This document shows positions 40,716 to 53,127 of a stretch of DNA of 60,000 bases, one piece after another. The notes beneath the pieces were generated by a model. It did no database searches and had not been told where the DNA came from. It worked only from the letters and a program-made list of their open reading frames with translations. The translations under genes were made by a program, and so were the position numbers. The DNA is from Laetmonice hystrix (lineage: Eukaryota), in the NCBI GenBank assembly GCA_965235115.1, contig OZ249436.1, positions 50,594,001-50,654,000 of the forward strand, in the 5' to 3' direction. The first letter of the stretch is position 1. Every line of letters begins with the position of its first letter.

Positions 40716-40761
40716 CCACCAGGGGGCATAACCACCGAATATCACAACGCCCCCTGTTGAG
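40716..40761. promoter_or_regulatory. Pair of oppositely oriented CTCF-like motifs
   Basis: CCACCAGGGGGCAT (+) and CGCCCCCTGTTGA (reverse complement TCAACAGGGGGCG). Confidence 0.4.
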
Positions 40762-41856
40762 ATGTAAACAAACCCTCCACGGGGCCGTTATGAAAGTCTC
40801 AGCCCGACGTTCTTCACGAGATCCACGTTCTTATCGAAGAAGTTCGACTATCACACGGTGTCTGAGATCGAGTCTTCAACCATAGACCATTCCTTACGTA
40901 CGCCTAGTTCTATCTATCTTAGACAAAACAATTACGGATAGATTATCAACTGGAGTCTGTAGTTCTATTTTTCTAACCCCAAGATGTCGAAAGCGTTTAG
41001 AATTTAGGTCCACTTCTCTCGCTCGTTGGTTTGATCTAATTCAAGACGACGCCGAAACGGGTTTACACTTTCTAGGTCTGTAAGGCTCTCCTTATCGTGG
41101 CATCTGTATTGGCATCTCTAGTATTCTTTCTCTGGCTTGTCCTATACTGGCTAAATATCCGTTGTATTTCAAAAAATTTCCCAATTCCCTTCCCCTGTGA
41201 AACACTCCTACCTGGTTTCCGTACATACCACAGAAACTGTGGGTTCATACCTTCAGTTATACGTTTGGGACATCAGATTGAACTGGTAACTTGGAAACCG
41301 AGTGATCATGGTGCTCATAACAGTCTTCCCTTTGTCAGCTAGGTCCCAACATCGTGTGGGATCATCCAGCAGGGAAGAGACATAGTAGTTGTCCCAAAAG
41401 GGATCCACCCGTAAATGTCTTTAAAAAAGGAGACATTTGAAAACATTAGCCCCCCCCCCCGTTAAGCCCACATATTCCCCTCTGTTAATTTAATGACTCT
41501 TGTAGTAAATAGGATAAAATAAACGATTTTTCTAATCTGGCAGGACCTTCGGAAAGTTTCATTACAGGATGAATTGATGTGGGATTGGTTTATCTAATGT
41601 TAAATGTGTGAGGCATTTTCAGGTAATAATTAATATATACATAATTATATTATTCTAAATTCTTTTTTTGTTATACTTTGTACAAATCATATTGGTCCAA
41701 GCCCACCACTGCAGCGTGGAGCATCTCCCCGACAGGAGGTAGAAAACGTTATGGCCTGTTGATCCCTCCCGACATCCATGGCATTTTTAAATGCATAAAG
41801 AACTAATCAAAAATTAATTAATAACTTAATTGACGTGTCGTGCGCGCTGGCTCGTC

Positions 41857-41963
41857 TCATCGAACAACGACAAGGACTACCAGAGGGGCGAGGGACAACA
41901 CAGTCCGCGCGACAGTCAACGATTGACCACTTCCGGTATAACCCGAAGGCTTGAAGCGGGCAT
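41857..41963 (-). CDS. Ig/CCP gene terminal coding exon: probable GPI-anchor signal
   Basis: Strong ttttctttttccag acceptor; (D)ARFKPSGYTGSGQSLTVARTVLSLAPLVVLVVVR then TGA. Small-residue omega region (TGSG), spacer, hydrophobic tail and no cytoplasmic domain. Confidence 0.8.
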
Positions 41964-42264
41964 CTGGAAAAAGAAAACAAATCTTCACTGAGATTCTGAA
42001 GGCATGGTACCTATTTGGCGTAAAAGTTCTCTGAAGCTGTTAAGATAAAATCCTCCTTAAAATAGATCTATTAAATAATATGATCTCATGTATGTACCGG
42101 GGATAGGCCTACTTGTATGGCTCAGAATGAAAATTCTCACTTGGTTTGTACGTTCGACCTTCGAGAACAATAACTGAATTTTATTTATTTATTTATTTAT
42201 TTGGGGGGGGGGGGCGCCTTAGTGAAGTGGTTATACACATGGTATCTGTGATGGTGGGACTCAC

Positions 42265-42465
42265 CTTTGATACAGAGAGGTTTCTCACTGCCTGTCCAGT
42301 AGGCTCGCGACTGTTCGTGAGCCACCTCACAGGTCTGGGACCGACTACCCGATAACCGGAAGCCAGGCTCACACCGGAAGACGCACGTTTCTCCGTACGT
42401 CGGTTCCCATGAACACTGATCTACCGAGCCATTGGCCAGCGTCGGCAGCTTGGCACACGTCAACG
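42265..42465 (-). CDS. Ig/CCP gene exon: Sushi/CCP/SCR domain 2
   Basis: gtttcag acceptor, 201 nt, LTCAKLPTLANGSVDQCSWEPTYGETCVFRCEPGFRLSGSRSQTCEVAHEQSRAYWTGSEKPLCIK, G|gtgagt donor. Confidence 0.92.
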
Positions 42466-43534
42466 CTGAAACAGGGCGGGGAAAGATACAAAATAAATAT
42501 TATAAACGAATTCAGCTGTGACTGGTTCTTCATAAATTACTAGTCAGATCCTGAAGTGGTTACGTTATGATATCGGTATTAAAGAAACCAACGAGTATCT
42601 CTCCTTTCAACGACTCTAAAATGCAGACATGGGTTGTTAGGTTAGATAAGGCCTTAGACTACATAAATCAATAAATGTATACCCAAGGAAATTAACAAGA
42701 AAATAAGAATAATCATTACTCTGATAGCAACCATTGCTGATCTCAAAGTTGAACGCAGTGGGTATGATAACCGTAGGTATGAAGTATTCTCTGACGTGGT
42801 CTCTGACGGTTCACCACTCTGACTCACTGAGTCTACTTTAGACATTTCATCATCTCCTACTGATTCCAAACTAGTGCCCCTTCCTTAATTAAGAGCCAGT
42901 CTGAGAGATACGTGTGTGTTCTGATAACCTACCGACGTCAACATCTCACAGACGAGACGCCAAGGTCGTCTGCCAAACGCAATCGTCAAGGTCATAACGT
43001 TCAAACGAAGACAACGCTGACATGCGGGCATATAGAACCCTTTTTCATGGTTCGATAAGGTTTGACAAGGGCCCTCTGGGTTCCTTTCTCGTACATTTTG
43101 AGTTCAGATCGTCAGGTTTCTAAAGCCGGCTAGACATTGTGCAACTTTTATCGCTGCAGCGTGAACTTCGCGTTGACTCTTGCTGGCAATAACTTTCAAC
43201 TTAAACTAATTTTTAATAATCACTGTGCGATTGCGCCCCGTTTGAATGTATTAGGTTTTAAACTCTAGATCCCATAAACCAGACAGCGGGAAAGGTGTGG
43301 TATTCCGTCCATTGTGGACAATGACGAACAGTGATCTCTGTGAACTTATTGGAAGGTCAGGGTAGACGAGATAGGCCTGTGCTGGAGTGAAGACGGACCC
43401 ACATATTGGAGGGGTAGGGAGGTTGTGGAATAGACGTTGACGGACGCTGTCATCGCATAATGTGATACCTTCATTAACAAGAAACTGATCAAAACGCGAG
43501 AAGACATAGAAGAGTAGACCTATGATCTACTTAC

Positions 43535-43621
43535 TTGTGACGTTAAATTTCTTTATTCCCATCAGTTTATTGTCCACGACATCTAGAATATTACAGTCGT
43601 ATATACCCGTGTCGCTCCTCA
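43535..43621 (-). CDS. Ig/CCP gene exon: C-part of Ig domain (cassette 2)
   Basis: ttctttcag acceptor, 87 nt, (V)RSDTGIYDCNILDVVDNKLMGIKKFNVT, A|gtaagt donor. Same size and phase as exon 56769-56855. Confidence 0.9.
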
Positions 43622-43936
43622 CTGAAAGAAAACGTTTCTTTTCTTAACAGAATGACGTGACACCAACCACGAACAATATTCGACTGCGAACAAACGATGA
43701 CTAGGATATCAGAATATTACACCATACCTGCCATAGGTCTCTTTCTATTATATCAACTAATGGACCATCACCAAGAATTATTTGCAGCCATTCAAGTCCA
43801 AATATTCCAATATAATCATAAATGTGAAATCTTCATTTCAAACATTACATTCCGAACTCGATGAGGAATATTGGGCTTCCTTTGTATAATATCTCAAGTA
43901 TGGATCAGGTTGTGATGTGATTATAACCTCCCCTAC

Positions 43937-44119
43937 CTGTATTTGTAATGATGAGTGAGTCCTTCTCGACCGTGTACTTATCGCCGTTGACCAACCTCTT
44001 GCCGGCCTTGGTCCAGGAACTACTGCTACTACACTGCAGTTTTAACTCGCCACCCACCCTCAGGAGTACGGGGCTCAGGGTGGTCGGGACGTTCTGTAGG
44101 ATCTCACCCCCTGTTAGGG
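43937..44119 (-). CDS. Ig/CCP gene exon: N-part of Ig domain (cassette 2)
   Basis: gagcag acceptor (alternative in-frame acceptor at 44110), LTGGEILQNVPTTLSPVLLRVGGELKLQCSSSSSWTKAGKRLVNGDKYTVEKDSLIITNT, G|gtaggg donor. Paralogous to exon 57232-57441 (LRVG..L.LQCS...W.K....KY). Confidence 0.85.
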
Positions 44120-44649
44120 CTGCTCATACAAACACAATAATACAACAATAAATACCTGGAGATAACACATAATAACCTGGAAACTGGTTGCAGTTATCGA
44201 ACCACTGTCAGATTGGTTTGGGGAGGATATGACAACCACCAGCAGAAAGAAGAGATCAAGAAGTCAACTGGCCCATTCTATGATGCGATAATGAGTTTAT
44301 ATAGTCCTTTTTTGTATTGATATCTCCTGCGACGGATGGGTAAAGCCTGGACTTCCTCACACAGATGTGCGTCATTCCTTTTCCTCAATAGCGTGCAATA
44401 GGCTGCAATAGGGTGAGACTTGCCATCTGGAAGTAACTGGCATTTTTTCTTTCTGTCTGACCCGTCGGGTGCAAATTCGTTCACAGACTTAAGAGAGTCG
44501 CCCATTTTGTTAGCGTTCCAGTCTCCAGATGCTTGGTTTCAAAACGACATGTTACAGAAAAATCACCAACAATGCCTGGACAAGGTGCGGAAAGCTTTGT
44601 GAAACTTTCCGTGTGTTAGCTCCAGGTCCTTTTTGAACAAACCATGAGG

Positions 44650-45701
44650 AAGTGATTAATTAATCATCGGGTATAATTTATTACTGTATAAAAGTAAGCA
44701 AGATCTGTGTGGTAAATAGAGTAGGTGAAAGATATGCCAGTATACGCACCCCTCTAATAAATTCTTGTTCTATAAATACCAGGTCGTGGTTTCCATTGTC
44801 CAGGTTTGTTTGTCACAGCTCACGCCGGTCAGTCATTGCAGTCAACAGTTTTACGTGTAGACAGTATGACACCGCCAGACATGCTTGGTTGTAGCACCTT
44901 AACTTTATTTGGACAGACAGGACCGTGGAAATGGTGTCTTGATTAATGTGAAATACTGTTCTAGCTGGAAAACCTTCCGAGGTTTAAGTCGGTGTTCACT
45001 TATATTGCTTTGTGGTAAAGAACTCACTAAAATACAGCCATGTAGGCAATTGGTTTTGGAGGTGAGACCCACATTTGTATATAAATGACTATAACTATGT
45101 GGACCTTGACGCTGGGTGAAGACTGTCGTATGCAGAACGTCAGGGTCACGTGCCTCATTGTCCATGTTGCCCTGATTTTATCATTTTTATTAATATCTTT
45201 TAATAAAATCAACTTGCAGGAAGAAACTATGGATGGTCACCCCATTTAAAGTGCTCCAGACGAGATTTATACCTCCAAGGCTTTGGTTGTTGCCTGTAAA
45301 ATGTTTTTATCTTACTAAAACAATGTGGTTGTATGGGACACCAATCTGGAGGTCCAGCTTGACCTCCCCACTATATAAACCCACGAAACCACTGGTCACA
45401 TGTACAGTGAACGGTCACGTCTGAAAGTCTGGCAACACGTGCTGATGGTCAAACACTGACAGTATGATGAGTCACTTAGTGTCCACTTGGAGCCGGGAGG
45501 GTGCAAGGCTGAGAAAAGTGTGACATGACTCTTCTAAAGGGATGTAGCAATACAACCCGTTCCCCGTCAGTGGGTCGATCTGTGGCATAGTTCCGTATGG
45601 CGGCTACCATTGGGTTATCACGTGTTGTCTCAGACGCCAGATCTTCGAACGGTAGGATGAACGGATCTAGTCGACTAAGACCAAGTTCACTTTTTCTTTC
45701 T

Positions 45702-45782
<81 letters not shown>

Positions 45783-45841
45783 GTCTCTCTTTCTCCCTCT
45801 CTATCGCCCTCCCCTGTCTCTCTTTCCCCTCTCTGTCTGTC

Positions 45842-45872
<31 letters not shown>

Positions 45873-46414
45873 ATCCCTCTCCCTCTCTCTCCCCTACATT
45901 CTATACTACCACTACTATGCACGGCGCCCCAACACAGACCGGGCTGGAAGGATCCCGTCTTTAGAAATTTTACACATAATCAGATTACATTCAATCACAT
46001 GGGGAGACTACAAACTTATTCTAAAGTGTGACTGGTTGACAAATCGTATTTTTGACATTCACAAAAACGTAAAGTAAATGCATAAATCGTACAGCGTACA
46101 AACGGGTTCAAAAAGCGTACATTGTACGCCAGAATCGTAGTCAGGAGGAGGAGATTTCTGAGTCGAAAACTAGGTTTTTAGTGGGAAATGTTCTGTGTGA
46201 CAAAAGTGGGCAGAGTGGTGCATGACAAAAGTTGGCCTTGACAAGTTTGACAAAACTGGTAAAAAAAATTATGACTAAAGTGGTGTCTTCGAGAACGACA
46301 AAAGTGGGCGATTTTGTGACAAAAGTGGTGACCTGTGACGAAAGTGGGCATTTTGTGTGACTAAAGTGGTGACCTGTGACAAATGTGGTAAAAATGACAA
46401 AAGTGGTTGCTACA
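44650..46414 (-). mobile_element. Diverged, inverted, truncated element B copy (intronic)
   Basis: Reverse-complement match to the B interior including (CT)n at ~45700-45895. Ends GACAAAAGTGGTTGCTACA at 46414; the other TIR is missing. Confidence 0.88.
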
Positions 46415-47234
46415 TAAGCTACATGAAGGTGGTCAAATGCCTTTCTGTCAGAAAGGTTGCTATTATTTGTAGGAGTTGGACTATAGTATACAACTCTGAA
46501 GATAACCATCCTTTGCACCGAGCGCCCTCGTAGTAGACGCTGAATACATGTAGTTGCACGTTTTTACCTCGACATTTGTTTGCGCTAACAGATGTCTGTT
46601 TGACATTCTAATCCTATACGCTTCTTCATAGAAGACATCCAAAGGTCTAAGAAAAAAATGAAAAAGATTTACACTATTTTGCCTGATCTCCTGTTTGTCC
46701 AGACGAATATAATGTGTTAAATGTCAGTGACCATTTGTTAACGTCAGAGTGACATTAATCAAAAGATTACATTTGTAAATCATTGGCTCGAAAAATCACA
46801 GAAGTGGTTCGTCGGGGTCAATTACACACAACTCCTCATTACCGCAAGAGATTTTTTTCTAATATTGTGTTTTAAACTGTGGTATAATAATGCATTTGAC
46901 CTGGTAGATTGTTTGTCAAAATGTCAGTAAAAGGTGGACAATGACTGTGCATGCAACGAAAGGGAAAAATTGAGGTTCAATCGAAAGGAACGTCCATCCT
47001 TATCTTATGTCTTCTTGCTGGCAGGATAAGCAGATTTATGAGAATATGTCAACAGTAAAAACACACAGCGAAAGACTTATTGGAACTAGATGTGTTTGTA
47101 ATTATTTCTCTTCGCGCATAAGAAGCAGTAAGACCTTATTTTTCTCCGCGACCAGACTGAAACCCCGCGACAACGTTTTAAAACATGACGCCAAGATTGA
47201 CAAATTGGTTGGTAGATATAGGCCTACATACATT

Positions 47235-47477
47235 CCGTACGTGTGCCTTCAGTGCGTGCTCTGCGCACACCTAATCCGTACGTGTGCCTTCAGTGCGTGT
47301 TCTGCGCACACCTAATCCGTACGTGTGCCTTCAGTGCGTTTTCTGCGCACACCTAATCCGTACATGTGCCTTTAGTGCGTGTTCTGCGCACACCTAATCC
47401 GTACATGTGCCTTCAGTGCGTGTTCTGCGCACACCTAATCCGTACGTGTGCCTTCAGTGCGTGCTCTGCGCACACCT
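47235..47477. repeat. 41-bp minisatellite, ~6 copies
   Basis: Unit CCGTACGTGTGCCTTCAGTGCGTGTTCTGCGCACACCTAAT, head-to-tail with no spacers. Confidence 0.95.
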
Positions 47478-48699
47478 TCAGTAAACAACCTCACGCGACA
47501 TTCGACAGAAATTTCCTGTTCAAGCTGTATGCGGAAGATCGTTCAACCTAATACATCTTTATTATGCGTAGTCGTTGCGCAGCAATAGGACAAGAGATGA
47601 AAGGATTTACATGTAAATCTTGTTCCAGTTTTTGTTCGATTTACAGTATCACGCAAGCTCTTTACGCTTGTATTGATTTTTGGAGACATACTATTGTAAC
47701 GTGTGTGTCAGGTACTTCACGTTATACTTCTCAGTGTGCATGCAGCGCTCCACCGAACTCTCCCCAATGAAGCCACATTAAAAGCCACCAGTGATATCAT
47801 TAATAAATGTCAGGAGGTATTGGCCCATCCACATCGAATGCAATGTCACAGAACAGAATGCGAATCAAAGTATACAAACTAATGACGCTTGTTAAAAGAG
47901 GAGGCAAATCAATCATTAAATTTCAATACATGATTTTAGGTCGGTTCTGATCGAACCAACGGCCATAAGTGCCTGTTGGAGTAACATGCACCATCAGGGC
48001 CATCAGGGATAGCAATGGAGATCGCCGGTAGAGATGACCTCTCCGACGGTAAGCCTAGGAAAACGAAGATAACGTCCTTTTCCTGGGTCGGATCGTTCCG
48101 TGGGGAGGCCCGATCTAACTCGTGGGTTTAACATCGGGTTCAGACCGCTGTACCCGGCAGGCCTCATCGTTGTTACGGTCCGGTATAACATTATCTTTAT
48201 ACATTCGTAGTTGTCTCGTGGCCAAAAGACGGGAGACATCAATCCAATGCAATCATGCAATCACTGAGGCAGAACGTGGGAAATCTATAGTGTCCAATTT
48301 AACCTCATTTTCGGTATTGATTTGATGTATAGGCCTATTATTCATCAAACATTTCTTAATTATTGTACAGTTATTGGGATTAACTCATGAATATGATTAT
48401 CTATAAATAAGGTCTACTACACATATCCATAAATGTAGTGAAAGAGCACGTTCCTATAAATAATAGAGGTACGGAGAAGATGCAGTAAGTCTAAGCCTTG
48501 GTGTAAAACCCATCTTCCCGGCCATAGGATGCTGAACTGATATTGTACCGAAGTGAAAGTTGGCATCCCATCCCAGCGAGGCTCAGGCTCCAGGAAGCAA
48601 GCCTTGTCATAATCTAGCCTGCCTGGGCCCGGTAATCTGTATGCAATCTGTCAACCAGCCCAACCAAACATCGTTGCCGTCAGTTTCCGACTTTCCCTA

Positions 48700-49060
48700 C
48701 CTTTGAACGTCATTCTTGTCCCGTAAAAAAGTTCCGGACCCGACAAGTAAAACTGTCTGAACCCCAGTTAGATGCCTCGTTAGCAATTGGGCAAGTCTAT
48801 CTAAATTACCAGTAACATCACCCAGGCCATGTTCAGTTAAGCGACTTCAAAGAAACAATGAAGGTGAAATCCTAAAAATGTGGAGTGCCATGTTGTATTC
48901 ATTCCGTAAGGTTTATCGCCCCAGGGTCCAACAGTCCACACTTCTCACTATGTTCACACGAACGAGTGACATGCTAAACGTATTATTATGTTCAGGAGAA
49001 TTATTCTTGTTTAAATTCTCTACTGCTTTCTGCATTTTATATTCATGGGTTTACAGGGTC
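48700..49060 (-). mobile_element. Possible decayed LINE reverse-transcriptase fragment
   Basis: QKAVENLNKNNSPEHNN resembles the KAI..L...KSPG.D motif; LDRLAQLLTRHL lies downstream. Frames are broken. Confidence 0.3.
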
Positions 49061-49832
49061 TTTCTACCTTTCTCCCTCCTCTGATGCTGGATTTACATGT
49101 CATATACATTTTGTAGATACTAGAATATTGACGTGAATCTCCCTGTGAGTGTTTGTACAGTACGAATACTCTGTATACGCGTTCACTGGACCTGCTTATT
49201 GAAACTTAACATAAATGCCTGACTCGACCGGCTTTTGTGACTCGTAAAAGAAATCAGAAGACAGGAAGAATTACGAGACAGCGTTGACAGAGCGCTCGAG
49301 GGGAAATCAAGAAAGAATCCAGGCAAACTCAGCACCTTTAGTCGGCTGAAACCGAAGTGAAGAGGGTTCCACCTAATCATCTTTCAAAGGGGTCATCTTT
49401 CTAGACAGGGGTATACGGGTATAGGGGAAGGGGTTTCGGGCGGGGCGCCTGGCGTTGGTGTGTGGGTGAGTGTGTAGGGGGGGGGGGGCTGGCGGTGGTA
49501 TTTTGTAGTTGCCGAGGGTGTTGAGTGGGACGAGACGGCATGGTCTTTATATCACCGTAGACGTTAGCACAAGACAACCCGTGCCCGATCCTGCCGTAAA
49601 TACCTCAACATCCCTCATAAAACAGCATTGCTACAACCTGCTTCTACCCTTGAACCAGATACCTGTCTTTTATTAGCGTTCTTTGACTACAACCTATAGT
49701 CGGGAGCATTTTCCAAAAAGTTTGCCCGTCACGTTCAGCGTTGATGAGTTGTACATCGTATCAGGTCAGGAAAATTTAAAATGAATTCTTTCCAAATATA
49801 TTTCATCACTTCGTTCGTGCCATTCATGCCAA

Positions 49833-49833
49833 C

Positions 49834-49900
<67 letters not shown>

Positions 49901-49908
49901 CAGAGACA
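49833..49908. repeat. (GA)n/(GAGACA)n microsatellite
   Basis: Direct reading. Confidence 0.95.
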
Positions 49909-50112
49909 GCGGCAGAGGCAGACAGAGCCAGACAGTAGCGTTGTGTTACAGATCTATTGCTACCTTTATGAAAATGCTCCTCGCCCATGTCATTTCTCAC
50001 TGCAGTGGCGGATCTAGGGGGGGGGGGGTTGGGGTTGCACCCCCTTCAGCTGCTGACTATTATGTTATGATGGTGAAAATGGAGCAAAAAAACCGGACCC
50101 TTTTCACCCCTT

Positions 50113-50290
50113 TGGGGTGTGGGTGGGGTGTGGGGTGTGGGGTGGGATGTGGGGTGTGTGGGGTGGGGTGGGGTGGGGTGTGTGGTGTGGGGTGGGGTGG
50201 GGGGTGGGGGGTGGGATGTGCGGTGTGGGGTGGGGTGTGGGGGTGTGGTGGGGGTGTGGGGTGTGGTGTGGTGTGGGGTGTGGGGTGTGG
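50113..50290 (+). repeat. G-rich (GGGGT/GGGGTGT)n low-complexity tract
   Basis: More than 20 runs of GGG/GGGG separated by T or TGT. Confidence 0.9.
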
Positions 50291-51276
50291 TCGGACCTCA
50301 GCCGGATGAACGAAACCTCACTTCACTTTGACCATACATCAGGGGATTCGGCTTCTTCATGATTAAGGTTTATTGGAAAGCGCATGCAGCTGTATGTCTT
50401 ATCTTACCAATCGACAAAATTATAATTATCATTAACTTTTACATAAACATACATTATAATAATGCTAATTGTGCGGTACTTTGAAGAGGTCAATGTATAG
50501 TGTCTGCAGCAGTTAGTGCGCGACAGAGTATATTATTACAGATTTATCGACTATTCCTTACATATAGAACCCCCATTTGTACCAGCGTACATTATATACC
50601 AGTAGGCCTACCCATATATAGGACCACATATGGCGTGTCTCCGTGCGAACCTCAACAGCGGAAGAGGAACGACCACGGATTGTTGTTGCAGAGTAGAAAA
50701 GGTGCAAACATTTGTCTTCTACCGGTGTGACCAAACATCACCGACATCCCATGCTGTCAGTGGTGTGCGGCGGGCGGCGGGCGGCGGGCGGCCGGGCCGA
50801 CCACCAACGTGTCTTCTCGATCTCTCGACACCCTGCCGGCTGAGGGAGACCGAGCCCCCGGGTCCAGTTGTCAGCCCGGGCGGGGACCACAGCTGGGGTC
50901 GGCCCGTCAGGAACTCGGTGCCCCTCTTGTTTAATTCTTCCGGAGGTATGCACTTGTTGGTGTAAAAACTACTTCACAAAAATAAACACGACTGAACAGG
51001 CGAACAGAAGTCACTTAGACCTGGTGGGTGTTCGTTCTCTCCCACTCCTTCAAAGATAGCCCCCTTTTCTTACTCCTTATTATACAAAACTAGCATTGAA
51101 ACACCTTTTTACTCGGGCACCTAGTAATGGTCGGCGGGGTTGGCGAGGTTAACGTGTGGGTGTGGGTATCATACATGATGAACCTATACCCTGCCCACTC
51201 TATATGAGACCAGTAAAGCCAGTACAACGGGCCCACTTTCTCTGTTTCTTACAACGGGACCCATATGAAACTGTAT

Positions 51277-53127
51277 AGTCTGCCACATACTGCTTGCAAT
51301 CAATAATAACACAAATCCAGTATAAAACATGTTATATTGTATTTGTTTGCTGCAAGTATACAGTATAAGGATCCAATGAATAAAGAAATGTTTCACCAAC
51401 AAACGTTGACACATTGACGTATACATTCGATCAATAATTCACTACCTCAGGGGAGCAAGGTTGTAAGTGAACGCTGATCAATTACACTTATTGCCTTTTT
51501 ATATACGCGGACACCTTAACTTATTGCCTTTTTACACAGACACATGAAAACCTTTAAACTAATAATTTCTCCGAAATTTTAACTATACCACAAAATACAG
51601 GACAGTGAAAGTAAACCGACAGATAATTCTAAAATAGCCATTCGTAAAACACTTTCTTATGAGTCGTTACCAGTATAATGCTGCCAATAACTACTTTGGA
51701 TATATTTCATTGCGATAGTTGCGGGCAAAATCGGACATTTCCCATTTAATTGGATAAGACGATCGTCTTTGACCCGGGTTGTTGGGAGTTGGGGTCATAA
51801 ATCACAGGAAAAGGGTGATATTTGTACCTAATTTAGGGTATAAGATATCTTATGCAGGCTCGTCCTGCCACCTAAACAGCAAACACAGTTGACAACACGT
51901 TCGTACTAATATATAACACATATTATGTAAGATATTTAAGGAACCATATCCCTTTCGCGGGTAGATTCGCCTTTCTTCCATAGCGATCCTATATCGGCGA
52001 ATTCAAACTTACAGACAGCATACAACTATATGCCATGACGTATAGAAAGGCGATTCTGCCACATCTCTGTGTGAATGTTAACAGGGACAAGCGAACCACA
52101 ACCATGTACTAGACACAGTTTGGGAATCCCAAAGGCTGAAGGTATCTCGGCTATCAGCAGTATGCAAACATGTGCCAATTTATGGTCGCAGTCCTGCTAG
52201 TTGTCTAACACAGTCCTCTTAAAAACGTACAACAGAGAGGCTTTCATGTGAGGTCATTTCCCGGACAAAATTTATTCTTAAAATATAAAAAAAGTTGTGT
52301 TTTAAGTGAAGATACGTTTTTAGGAGGATACAACTCGAAGATCACAAGGATTTCTTACCGACAACAGGACCACTGCTTCATGATCCTGATCGAAATTCGC
52401 TAGTTCAGTGGAGAAGGTTTGTAAGTGAAAATATCAAGCTAATGAATCAAAGCCAAGGTTAACCACAACAATGTGCAGAAAGTATTGGATACTTCCACCT
52501 CTCGTATGACGATTTGGTTATTGATCAACATATCTGAGATCAGATATTAAGATAAGATATCTTATACCCTAAATTAGGTACAAATATCACCCTTTTCCTG
52601 TGATTTATGACCCCAACTCCCAACAACCCGGGTCAAAGACGATCGTCTTATCCAATTAAATGGGAAATGTCCGATTTTGCCCGCAACTATCGCAATGAAA
52701 TATATCCAAAGTAGTTATTGGCAGCATTATACTGGTAACGACTCATAAGAAAGTGTTTTACGAATGGCTATTTTAGAATTATCTGTCGGTTTACTTTCAC
52801 TGTCCTGTATTTTGTGGTATAGTTAAAATTTCGGAGAAATTATTAGTTAAAGGTTTTCATGTGTCTGTGTAAAAAGGCAATAAGTTAAGGTGTCCGCGTA
52901 TATAAAAAGGCAATAAGTGTAATTGATCAGCGTTCACTTACAACCTTGCTCCCCTGAGGTAGTGAATTATTGATCGAATGTATACGTCAATGTGTCAACG
53001 TTTGTTGGTGAAACATTTCTTTATTCATTGGATCCTTATACTGTATACTTGCAGCAAACAAATACAATATAACATGTTTTATACTGGATTTGTGTTATTA
53101 TTGATTGCAAGCAGTATGTGGCAGACT
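51277..53127. repeat. Long inverted repeat: arms 51277-51853 and 52552-53127, ~700-bp spacer
   Basis: Arms are reverse complements apart from a 1-bp indel that I could see. The ORF track shows the same peptide (MYTSMCQRLL...) on opposite strands. Confidence 0.95.

Noticed and set aside
47235..47477. CRISPR-like appearance of the 41-bp repeat with an internal hairpin
   Set aside because: No unique spacers, no cas genes, eukaryotic intron context. The same applies to the 66-bp array.
49941..50362. Gly/Val/Trp/Cys-rich ORFs
   Set aside because: Translations of the GGGGT low-complexity tract.
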